From assembly GCA_039804105.1 (NCBI GenBank), contig JBDRZU010000001.1, positions 1,325,685-1,389,684 on the forward strand: a stretch of 64,000 nt of DNA. Reading direction: 5' to 3'. The stretch is from a candidate division WOR-3 bacterium (GTDB taxonomy: Bacteria; Hydrothermota; 32-111). Both the position numbers and the translations under genes were made by a program. The notes under the pieces are model-generated. The model had not been told where the DNA came from and searched no databases. It was given only the letters and a program-made list of their open reading frames with translations. The first letter of the stretch is position 1; every line of letters starts with the position of its first letter. Shown here in pieces: positions 19,472-28,000 of this stretch.

Positions 19472-20654
19472 CTTTATCAAGGATTATTAAAAAAGTTGTT
19501 CCATCGTTAACCACGGTTCTCTCAAGTATCAGTTTTCCTTTATGGAAATCTTCAATGATTTTTTTTGCGAGAGGCAAACCAAGTCCCCAGCCAAACTTTT
19601 TGGTCGTGAATCCAATTTTAAAAATGTTTTCAATGTTTTTCCTTTCGATACCAACACCATTATCCGATATTCTGATAAGAACTCTGTTATTTTCATTTTT
19701 TGTTTCTATTTTTATTTTCCCGTCAGAGATGTTTTTTAAGGAATCTATGCTGTTTTTGATCAAATTCTCCAAAGCCCATTTGAAAAGTTCTTTATCAACC
19801 ATGATATGTTCGTCACTGTCCAGTTGTGTTTCAATCGAAATTTTGTTTTTTCCAATTGTTGGAACTCTTTTTTTGAAATAGGATGAAACATCATCTATGA
19901 TTTCTTTTAAACTTGTCACCTCAAAAGCAGGATTTGAGCCGATTTTGTTAAACCTGTTTGATACGGTTTCAAGACGGGAACAGTCCTCTTCAATTCCATC
20001 AACAATATTTTTATCGATAGTTTGTTTTTCTTTCAGCATATATATCCATGTTTTCAATGATGTTAGGGGAGTTCCGATCTGGTGAGCTGTTTCTTTTGCC
20101 ATTCCTGCCCATATTATGTTGTCCTCGCTCTTTCTATATAATAGAAAAGCATAAATTCCTATCAGCAGAAAAATAGAGGAAACTATTACCTGAAAAAATG
20201 GAGCAAACTGAAGTTTTTTGTATAGTGGATCTTCTCCCATATGGATGACCGCAAGCACTTTTGAATTGTATATAAGTTTTATAGGTCTTTTCTCACCATC
20301 AAGTTTTTCGACTATTTTTTTTAAATCAGCAAGGTATTTAGGGTTATTTTCAATCTCAAAAACAGTATCAAGATAACCAACATTTCTCCAGGAAATCGGA
20401 TAGCCGGATGTGTCAGTTAAAACTATTGGAAAGGAAATATTTTTTATGATTTCCTCAAAAATTATTTCTTCGATTTTCGAGGTTTGATTCTCAGTAATTC
20501 CTGTTGCGTATCTTGCAAAGATTCTTGATTGCATCAAGGATTTTTCTTCAAGTTTAAACACTATATCTTGAATGAATAAAAAAGAGGCTAAAGAAACGAC
20601 TATCAGGGCAACAAAAAAATATGATTTGAAGAAGAATGGGTTTTTGTTCATCAC
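19443..20654 (-). CDS. Membrane sensor histidine kinase (PorY-like)
   Basis: Two TM segments around a periplasmic domain. H-box WAGMAKETAHQIGTP, ENLIKNS, DNGVGI, GFTTK..GWGLGL. Overlaps the PorX-type gene. Confidence 0.85.
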   Translation of the reverse strand: MMNKNPFFFKSYFFVALIVVSLASFLFIQDIVFKLEEKSLMQSRIFARYATGITENQTSKIEEIIFEEIIKNISFPIVLTDTSGYPISWRNVGYLDTVFEIENNPKYLADLKKIVEKLDGEKRPIKLIYNSKVLAVIHMGEDPLYKKLQFAPFFQVIVSSIFLLIGIYAFLLYRKSEDNIIWAGMAKETAHQIGTPLTSLKTWIYMLKEKQTIDKNIVDGIEEDCSRLETVSNRFNKIGSNPAFEVTSLKEIIDDVSSYFKKRVPTIGKNKISIETQLDSDEHIMVDKELFKWALENLIKNSIDSLKNISDGKIKIETKNENNRVLIRISDNGVGIERKNIENIFKIGFTTKKFGWGLGLPLAKKIIEDFHKGKLILERTVVNDGTTFLIILDKDEKKNFMDR

Positions 20655-22676
20655 CTACCCATTGATTCTATCTCTTCCTTTTCTTTTAGCGTCGTACAAA
20701 GCATCATCAACCCATTTGAGTAATGTTTCAATACTATCACCATCATCGGGATAAGTTACAGTTCCAACAGATACAGTGATCTTGATGCCGTTTGTGAAGT
20801 TTGTTCTTTTAACAAGTTTGTTTATCTTTTCCGCTATCGAATGTGTAAACTGTTTACCTGTTCCAGGTAAAATTATGAAAAACTCATCTCCACCATATCT
20901 TGTAACGATATCTCCTTTTCTAACAGTTTTAGATAAAAGTTGAGCGAGTTCTCTTATGATCATATCTCCAACCATATGACCATAGTTATCGTTTATCTCT
21001 TTGAAATAGTCAATATCAAGCATAAGGATAGAAAGAGGAATGGAAAGTTTTTTTGATCGTTCGAGTTCATCTTTAAGTTTTTCGATGAAGAATCGATAGT
21101 TATACATATCTGTCAGTGGATCAGTGTTTGCAATTCTTTTGGTTTCTTCATATTTGAATGTGTTGTCTATTGAAACCGATAGGTGTGAAGCAAGGATTGA
21201 GATTATTCTAAAATCGTTTTCGTCAAGAGAATTGATGCCTTCACTTTCTATATCTAATATACCGATCATACCCGAAGAAAGTTGTAATGGAACTGCGATT
21301 TCGGACATTGATATATCAAGTCGTCCAACGAATCTTGGATCTGAACGTGTATCCTTTACATGAACTGGAGTTTTATGCTCAGCGACCCATCCAACGATAC
21401 CTTCACCCATCTTCAACATCTCGTTGATCCGTTCTATATATTTTTCATTGTATCCAGAGAAAGCTTTTATCTCGAGTTCATTGAACTCGTTGTATAGGAT
21501 TATAGATGTATTATAATGAGGAAAATTCTCTTTTATTGATTTTACAAAATGGTTCAAAAGATCGTCGAGTTGTATATGTGAGTTCATCAAAGCGGAGATT
21601 GTGGATACCTTTTCCAAATTTTTAATTAGTTGTTCCATCCTTGAAAACAGTTTTGCATTTTCGAGTGAAATTGCTGCAGTTTGAGCGAATGATTCTAAAA
21701 TTTCTATCGATTCGAGAAGGTTAACATATTTGTTTATGGGTTTATCAACAGTGATGATTCCTAAAATTTTGTTTTCCTTTGAATAGAGTGGAATTATGAG
21801 TATATCTTCAGGATGCCAGTTTACATATTCATCAGGTCGCTCCTCAGGTATCACATAAGCGATCTCATTCAAAGTTTTGTCTATCTGATCAAGGTTCATC
21901 TCTTTATGGTTTATATAGTATGATTTTGATATTCTGAATTTATCCTGCATCAAATTTTTTATGGTTGAGAAAGGGACCTTTTGTTTTTTCAATTTTTCGA
22001 AAACTTTTTCATTCAAACCGTTCTGAGCGACTCTTTCCATCGAATCTTCTTTTTCGTTGTAAAGGGAGACAAGAACAACCGAAAAACCAAGAGAGGAACT
22101 TATTGCCTTTGTGATTATGTTGAGGATCTTTTCAAAGTCAAAAGTTGATTGCAAAAGGAGAGTCAACTGTTGTAAAGTGTACAACTTTTTGTTGACTGTT
22201 GCTATCTTCTCTTCTATATCTTTTTCTGAATTCAATTTTTGTAATAGATATATCTTTGTTAAACCGTTTTTTATCGATGGTAAAATCTCAAGCATTTCAA
22301 GATTTTTTCTTTCATCATATATTTCACCTTCATTCTGAAAAATCAAAAATAATTCTTCTTGTTTATCAGTTAGAAATATATAATGATTTCCACTTTGTAA
22401 AACTACTTCATCTCCAATCCTTATATCATATAAAAGAGAATCTATCCTGTTGATCTGTTCTTTTTCTTCAACTGAGATCCTTTTAAAGTTGTACAGTTCT
22501 TTTGTTTCCGCAAAGGCCTTATCTTTTTTGAGTGTTGAATAGAAATAAAAACCGTTCTGAGTTTTTAAACTTAAAAAGAGATTTTTTATAAAATACTCTT
22601 TTAAAAAGAAATTTATTGCATCAATGAAATCTTTTTCATTTTCTGAACTCAAGAATTTACTTACAACAGGTTTCAT
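20655..22676 (-). CDS. GAF-GAF-GGDEF diguanylate cyclase
   Basis: TDPLT, DIDYFK.IND.YGH..GD, intact RYGGDEF, RxxD I-site (RKGD). Two GAF-like segments. Confidence 0.92.
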   Translation of the reverse strand: MKPVVSKFLSSENEKDFIDAINFFLKEYFIKNLFLSLKTQNGFYFYSTLKKDKAFAETKELYNFKRISVEEKEQINRIDSLLYDIRIGDEVVLQSGNHYIFLTDKQEELFLIFQNEGEIYDERKNLEMLEILPSIKNGLTKIYLLQKLNSEKDIEEKIATVNKKLYTLQQLTLLLQSTFDFEKILNIITKAISSSLGFSVVLVSLYNEKEDSMERVAQNGLNEKVFEKLKKQKVPFSTIKNLMQDKFRISKSYYINHKEMNLDQIDKTLNEIAYVIPEERPDEYVNWHPEDILIIPLYSKENKILGIITVDKPINKYVNLLESIEILESFAQTAAISLENAKLFSRMEQLIKNLEKVSTISALMNSHIQLDDLLNHFVKSIKENFPHYNTSIILYNEFNELEIKAFSGYNEKYIERINEMLKMGEGIVGWVAEHKTPVHVKDTRSDPRFVGRLDISMSEIAVPLQLSSGMIGILDIESEGINSLDENDFRIISILASHLSVSIDNTFKYEETKRIANTDPLTDMYNYRFFIEKLKDELERSKKLSIPLSILMLDIDYFKEINDNYGHMVGDMIIRELAQLLSKTVRKGDIVTRYGGDEFFIILPGTGKQFTHSIAEKINKLVKRTNFTNGIKITVSVGTVTYPDDGDSIETLLKWVDDALYDAKRKGRDRING

Positions 22677-22684
22677 ATAAAATC

Positions 22685-22713
22685 ATTATAATATTTTATA
22701 AGATAAATGTCAA
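22685..22713 (-). promoter_or_regulatory. Consensus sigma70 promoter heading the long minus-strand operon
   Basis: Minus strand TTGACA-17-TATAAT, ending 8 nt before the ATG at 22676. Confidence 0.75.
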
Positions 22714-22726
22714 CAAAATGAAAATT

Positions 22727-23398
22727 CTAATCTATTATCAAACCATCTTTGATATGGATTATTCTATCCGTCTTTCTGGCAACATCGGGTTCATGAGTAA
22801 CTATTATTATGGTTTTCCCTTTCTGATTTAGTTCCCTTAAAATTTTCATTATCTCATCTGACATTTTGGAATCAAGATTACCTGTTGGTTCATCAGCAAG
22901 GATGAACTGGGGATCGTTCGCAAGAGATCTTGCAATTGAAACTCTCTGTCTTTCTCCACCTGACATCTCAGATGGTAGATGGTGTATTCTGTGTGATAAT
23001 CCGACAAGTTCAAGAAGTTCTTTTGCTCTTTTGATACGTTCATTTCTTTTGACTTTGGCATAGATCATTGGCATTTCGACATTCCTTAAAGCGGTTGTCT
23101 TAGGAAGGAGATTATAACTTTGAAAAACAAAACCAATATATTTGTTTCTGATCTCTGCAAGTTTATCATCATCATATTTAGATGTGTCGTTTCCATTCAA
23201 AAGATATGTTCCACCAGTTGGTTTATCCAAACATCCAAGAATGTGCATCAAAGTAGATTTTCCTGATCCAGATGGTCCCATTATTGATAAAAATTCTCCT
23301 TCAGAAATCGTTAGGTTGATATCTTTTAAAGCTTCAACATAACCACCTTTAAAAGGATAATATTTTTTTATATGAAACATTTCTATTATATTACTCAT
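22727..23398 (-). CDS. ABC transporter ATP-binding protein (MacB/LolD family)
   Basis: GPSGSGKST, IGFVFQ, MSGGERQRV, LADEPTGNLD, VTHE. Confidence 0.95.
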   Translation of the reverse strand: MSNIIEMFHIKKYYPFKGGYVEALKDINLTISEGEFLSIMGPSGSGKSTLMHILGCLDKPTGGTYLLNGNDTSKYDDDKLAEIRNKYIGFVFQSYNLLPKTTALRNVEMPMIYAKVKRNERIKRAKELLELVGLSHRIHHLPSEMSGGERQRVSIARSLANDPQFILADEPTGNLDSKMSDEIMKILRELNQKGKTIIIVTHEPDVARKTDRIIHIKDGLIID

Positions 23399-24608
23399 AT
23401 CTCAAACACTCCACTGGATCAAGTGATGCGGCCTTTCTTGATGGAAGGATTCCGAAGAATAGTCCTGCTGAAAAAGAGAAGGTAAAACCTAAAAGAACAG
23501 ACCATAAAGGAATCGCAAAAGGCAAATTTGTGAATTTTGAGATCGTAAACGAGATTAAAAAACCGGTAATTATTCCTATGATTCCTCCAGTAAGAGAAAT
23601 TGTGATCGATTCAAACAAAAATTGTAAAAGGATCTCTCGGTTTTTTGCACCAATTGATTTTCTTATTCCAATCTCTCTGGTTCTTTCGGAAACCGAGACG
23701 AGCATTATATTCATTATACCTATTCCACCAACTATCAAAGATAAAGTTCCAACAGCGATCATAACAAAAAAAATTGCTGTCGTAAGAGATTTCCACTGAC
23801 TGATCAATGCATCCTGAGTGTTTATATGGAAGTTATCGGGATCTTTAGGTTTTAACGAATGTGACAATCTCATGATCCATCTCAACTCTTCAATGGTTTC
23901 ATCAGGATTAAAACTTCTCACCATTATCGATATCCTTCTTGACTCATCTCCATAATATTTTATAAGGGTTGTATAAGGAATGTATACCACCTCATCCATC
24001 GATTGCCCAAAGATTGAACCTTTTTCTGTTGTTACCCCTATAACAATATATTTTCTACCATCAACCGTTAAAAGTTTTCCTATTGGATTTTCATTTTTAA
24101 AAAGGTTTTTTTGAATATCTTTACCTATAACACAAACATTTCTTCTGTATTTGATATCATCGGATGAGATTGGAATACCGATGTCTATCGATATATTCTC
24201 TATCTTAAAAGAATTTTCTGAAATTCCCGATACATTGACTGCTTCCAATCTTTCACCTTTATATTTTACTAGAAACCTTCTTGAAATCGAAATACCTACA
24301 TCCTCTGCTGATCTAATCATCTGTTTAACCATTTTATAATCGTTAAAGTCCACATAATTCCTAAAAGATCTTCTCCAATCGTTTGGACCCATCGAAACCC
24401 ATGGGAATCTTTCAACATAGATAACATTTGAACCAATTGTTGAGAAAACCTGTTGAACTTTCGATTCTAATCCAGCGATTATTGAGACAACTATTATAAC
24501 AGTCATAACACCAATGATTATTCCAAGCGTAGTTAAAAAACTTCTGAGTTTGTTGCTTCTTATAGAGTCCAAACTTACTCTTAAACTTTCCAGAAAGAGT
24601 TCTATCAT
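23391..24608 (-). CDS. MacB/FtsX-family ABC permease
   Basis: RSFLTTLGIIIGV, VGGIGIMNIMLVSVSERTREIGIRK, P..KAA.LDPVE.LRYE. Confidence 0.93.
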   Translation of the reverse strand: MIELFLESLRVSLDSIRSNKLRSFLTTLGIIIGVMTVIIVVSIIAGLESKVQQVFSTIGSNVIYVERFPWVSMGPNDWRRSFRNYVDFNDYKMVKQMIRSAEDVGISISRRFLVKYKGERLEAVNVSGISENSFKIENISIDIGIPISSDDIKYRRNVCVIGKDIQKNLFKNENPIGKLLTVDGRKYIVIGVTTEKGSIFGQSMDEVVYIPYTTLIKYYGDESRRISIMVRSFNPDETIEELRWIMRLSHSLKPKDPDNFHINTQDALISQWKSLTTAIFFVMIAVGTLSLIVGGIGIMNIMLVSVSERTREIGIRKSIGAKNREILLQFLFESITISLTGGIIGIITGFLISFTISKFTNLPFAIPLWSVLLGFTFSFSAGLFFGILPSRKAASLDPVECLRYE

Positions 24609-25780
24609 CTTTTTCTCCCTGAGGGAAATCTCTTATCAGAAGAAATTTTTACCTTTAAGCCATCTTTGAGAAATTTAAAGGACAAAAAAGGTCCACTTAC
24701 GATTGAATCTCCAGATTTTAAACTATCTGAAAATATCTCCATTTTTAAATTACCAGTTATACCCGTCTTAACGGGAACAAATTTTATCTTTCCTCCAGAA
24801 TATTTAAAAACACCCTCTTTGTTCTCTCTGTTTACCATCGATTGTATTGGGATCGATAGAGTACTATCCTTTTTGAGAGTAATTATATCGACATCACAAC
24901 TCATGCCTGAAACCAAAAGATTGTTATCAGGTGAATCATCGAGAATGATTTTAACTTCGTATTCAACGGCGGTTGAAGTTGATGATGAAAAGGCGGATGA
25001 TGAGGATGAAGAAACAGAATATTTTGGTCTATTTGCTTTAACAAAAATCTTTCCTGTGAAAGTTTTTTCGGGGAAAGCATCAAAAATAACTTTTGCAATG
25101 TTTCCATTTCTTACCTTTGAAATCGATGTTTCATCAACATTCGCTTTAACTATCAATTTTTGGTTGTTTGATATAGTCATAAGAACAGTGCCAGCGTTGT
25201 TCATTGTGCCTGTAATTATGTTTTCACCTTCCTCAACATATATAGCTGTGACTGTTCCATCTATGGGAGATCTGATGATGGTTTTTTCGAGGTTATCTTT
25301 TGCTATATCGTAGGATGATTTTGCAGATGTTAAAAGGTTCAAACTGTTTTTATATTCGAGTTCAGCGAGCGTGAATTCAGATTTTGAAATAAGATTCTGT
25401 TCGTAAAGTTTTTTCTGATTTTCAAATTTATATGAAACATAATCAAAATTTGATTGTGCATAGTTTAAAGCTGTTTCTGACTCCTTCAACCTTGCCTGTT
25501 GAGAAATGTCGTCAATTTTTAAAAGTGGAGCACCTTTTTTTACAAAATCACCTTCTTTCACAAATATTTTTAGACATTTTCCCATTATATCAGAAGAAAT
25601 TTCAACATCAACGAACGGTTCGAGTGCACCCGAAGCGTTGACAGTTTCCTCTATCGTATCGAGTTTTATCTCTGAAATTTCAACTGAAACAAGATTTTTT
25701 TTCTTTCCAAAAACAAGAAATAAAATGATCAAAACTATAATCGCTATAATGTATATTCTTTTTTTCTGAAAAATTTTCAC
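24605..25780 (-). CDS. Efflux periplasmic adaptor subunit (MacA/HlyD family)
   Basis: VKEGDFVKKG, IRSPIDGTV, VDETSI..V, GMSCDVDI. GTG start behind GGAGGA. Confidence 0.9.
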   Translation of the reverse strand: MKIFQKKRIYIIAIIVLIILFLVFGKKKNLVSVEISEIKLDTIEETVNASGALEPFVDVEISSDIMGKCLKIFVKEGDFVKKGAPLLKIDDISQQARLKESETALNYAQSNFDYVSYKFENQKKLYEQNLISKSEFTLAELEYKNSLNLLTSAKSSYDIAKDNLEKTIIRSPIDGTVTAIYVEEGENIITGTMNNAGTVLMTISNNQKLIVKANVDETSISKVRNGNIAKVIFDAFPEKTFTGKIFVKANRPKYSVSSSSSSAFSSSTSTAVEYEVKIILDDSPDNNLLVSGMSCDVDIITLKKDSTLSIPIQSMVNRENKEGVFKYSGGKIKFVPVKTGITGNLKMEIFSDSLKSGDSIVSGPFLSFKFLKDGLKVKISSDKRFPSGRKR

Positions 25781-27012
25781 CTGATCCTCCTTATTAAATA
25801 AAGGTATCTATAATATGTCTTATAGTATTCCTTTTTTGAATTCAGATAGTTTACTAAACTTTCAATGTATGTTTTTTCAATCGAGGTATAATCGGTTGCG
25901 TTTAATTCTCCATTCTGGAAAAGGATTTTTGCTTTCTCAAAATTTTTTTGTGCTGATTCGTAGAGTTTTTTTGAACTATCAAGGAAATTTTTTGAAAGTT
26001 TTATTCTGTTATCAAAATTATTTATTTCAAGTTTTAAACTTTCCTCTGTTTTTAAAAAGTTAAGATAAGCGCTTTTCTGTGAATAATTTTTTTGGATAAC
26101 ATTTAAACTCCGTGAAAATCCTGTAAAAACGGGAAATGAAACTGATATTCCAAATCTAACCGTTGAACTATCCAAGAGTTCATCCAGATTGAATCTATAT
26201 GTTGTATCAAGCAAACCGTAGGAAACATTCAGGGATGCTTTTGGAAAGAATTCTGTATAGGATATGATTCTTTCCTCTTCAGAAACAGTGTAATTTTTTT
26301 TCGCTATCAGGTATTCTGGAAGATTTTTTAAAATCCTTGTTTGATCAATATCAAAAAAAGATATTTCTGGAAAAGTATCGATATCTAAAAGTTTCCCAGG
26401 ATATTTTATTCCGGTTAAATTTATGAATTCTTCAAGGTATGTTTGGTAGTTTATCTTATCCTTTTCATAAGAAAACAGAAGAGAATAATAGTTTGACTCA
26501 ATCTGCAAAAAATTTGATTCTGAAATAAGCCCATTTTCATAAAGAATTTTATTCTTTTTTAGATTTGTTTCCTCAAATGAGATTATCGTTGAATCGGTTT
26601 CAAGTTTTATCTGATGGGATAAAAGGTTAAAATATGATTCGATAATCTGTTGAGTTATATCGTTCAAACCTTTTAAATATAAAAGATTTGCTATATCCGA
26701 ATACTCCTTGTTTTTTAAGATACTTAAAAATGTTGGAAGGTTAAAAATCGTTTGGCTTAAAGATATTGACTGTGAATAGGTCCAGTTTGAATAATTTGAT
26801 GAATCGATCGATATAGAGTATACTATATATGGTAAAATTGATGGCAAAGAATTTAAAAGTGCTTTGTTGTTAATATCCCTTTCAATAACTTTCAATTTAA
26901 AATCGATCGATGAAGTTTTTGTTTTTAACAGAGCATCTTCAAGTGATGTTTGAGAGAAAACATATAAAAATGTTGATAGAATTAAAACAAAAATTATAAC
27001 AAATTTTTTCAT
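25777..27012 (-). CDS. TolC-family outer membrane efflux protein
   Basis: Signal peptide, repeated helical OEP pattern (YENG.IS, FFPKASL, SFPVFTG, FQNGELN). Context with adaptor and ABC genes. Confidence 0.8.
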   Translation of the reverse strand: MKKFVIIFVLILSTFLYVFSQTSLEDALLKTKTSSIDFKLKVIERDINNKALLNSLPSILPYIVYSISIDSSNYSNWTYSQSISLSQTIFNLPTFLSILKNKEYSDIANLLYLKGLNDITQQIIESYFNLLSHQIKLETDSTIISFEETNLKKNKILYENGLISESNFLQIESNYYSLLFSYEKDKINYQTYLEEFINLTGIKYPGKLLDIDTFPEISFFDIDQTRILKNLPEYLIAKKNYTVSEEERIISYTEFFPKASLNVSYGLLDTTYRFNLDELLDSSTVRFGISVSFPVFTGFSRSLNVIQKNYSQKSAYLNFLKTEESLKLEINNFDNRIKLSKNFLDSSKKLYESAQKNFEKAKILFQNGELNATDYTSIEKTYIESLVNYLNSKKEYYKTYYRYLYLIRRIR

Positions 27013-27088
27013 CTGACCTCACAACTTGAATTTGAATACAATTTTAATCGATAATCTTATTTAATCAACAACAATTTAGACGAAAATT

Positions 27089-28000
27089 TTAAACATTCCC
27101 CTCGCTTTTTTTTAAATTTTTTGAAATAAGATAACCTGAAAATATTATGAGTCCTCCACCTATTATAAGAAAAATGTTAAGTTTCAATTTTAAAAAGATA
27201 ATTTCATTTATGGTTGTGAAAAGAATTGTAAAAATGAAGAGTATAGAGGTTGAATTAACAGGAAGATATGATAGAGCGTAATTCCAGAATATATAAGCGA
27301 GACCGCTTTGAAAAATCCCCATTTCAAGGATCCAAAACCAGTGTTCAAATTTTGTAGGTGCATTTTTTGTTGATAAAAATAATATTGGAGAAACGGTTAA
27401 TGAAGATAATAAAAAGATCTTAAAAAGAAAATTTATTATTTTTTCCGGCTTGTTTCTTAAAGGTGTCACAAGTTTTGATGAAAGGTAAACATAGAAACCA
27501 AAACTCATACCGGTTAAAATTCCCCAGAAGATTCCTAAATAGAAATTGTCTTTCAGATCAAAAAAATGTTCCTTTCCCAAAACGATCACTATTATTCCAA
27601 AAAAAGATAGGATAAAGGCAACTATTTCAAAAAATGTAGGTTTTTTTCTGTCGATCATTAAGGAAAGAAGTATTACGAATATTGGAGAGAGATTTTCAAA
27701 TATCATTACAAGTGTACCTGACAGGTATTTTAAAGATATATGGTAAAGTAATGAATTTCCAGTTATACCTATTACTGATATCGCTAAAACAAGTTTAAAA
27801 TTTTCCCTGAAATTCAAATCCAATTTTTTTGTAAAAATCAGAAAAATAAAGAAAAGAAAAGTTCCTATGAAAAATCTCACTGTTGCGACGAACAACATGT
27901 TAACATTTTCACAAGCAAGATATCTTCCAGCAACCCCATGTATACCCCAGAGAAAGAGTGCTATGAAAGCATAAACCAAACCTTTTCTTTTTTCTTTCAT
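27089..28000 (-). CDS. DMT/EamA family transporter
   Basis: About 10 hydrophobic segments. LWG, RF.IG, N.SPIF, AYIFWNYAL, IIGG.LII. Confidence 0.88.
   Translation of the reverse strand: MKEKRKGLVYAFIALFLWGIHGVAGRYLACENVNMLFVATVRFFIGTFLFFIFLIFTKKLDLNFRENFKLVLAISVIGITGNSLLYHISLKYLSGTLVMIFENLSPIFVILLSLMIDRKKPTFFEIVAFILSFFGIIVIVLGKEHFFDLKDNFYLGIFWGILTGMSFGFYVYLSSKLVTPLRNKPEKIINFLFKIFLLSSLTVSPILFLSTKNAPTKFEHWFWILEMGIFQSGLAYIFWNYALSYLPVNSTSILFIFTILFTTINEIIFLKLKLNIFLIIGGGLIIFSGYLISKNLKKSEGNV

Noticed and set aside
24965..25020. Ser-rich tract (SVSSSSSSAFSSSTST) in the efflux adaptor as a contingency repeat
   Set aside because: Only short interrupted TCA runs in a loop that is often low-complexity in this family. 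Slippage would stay in frame.
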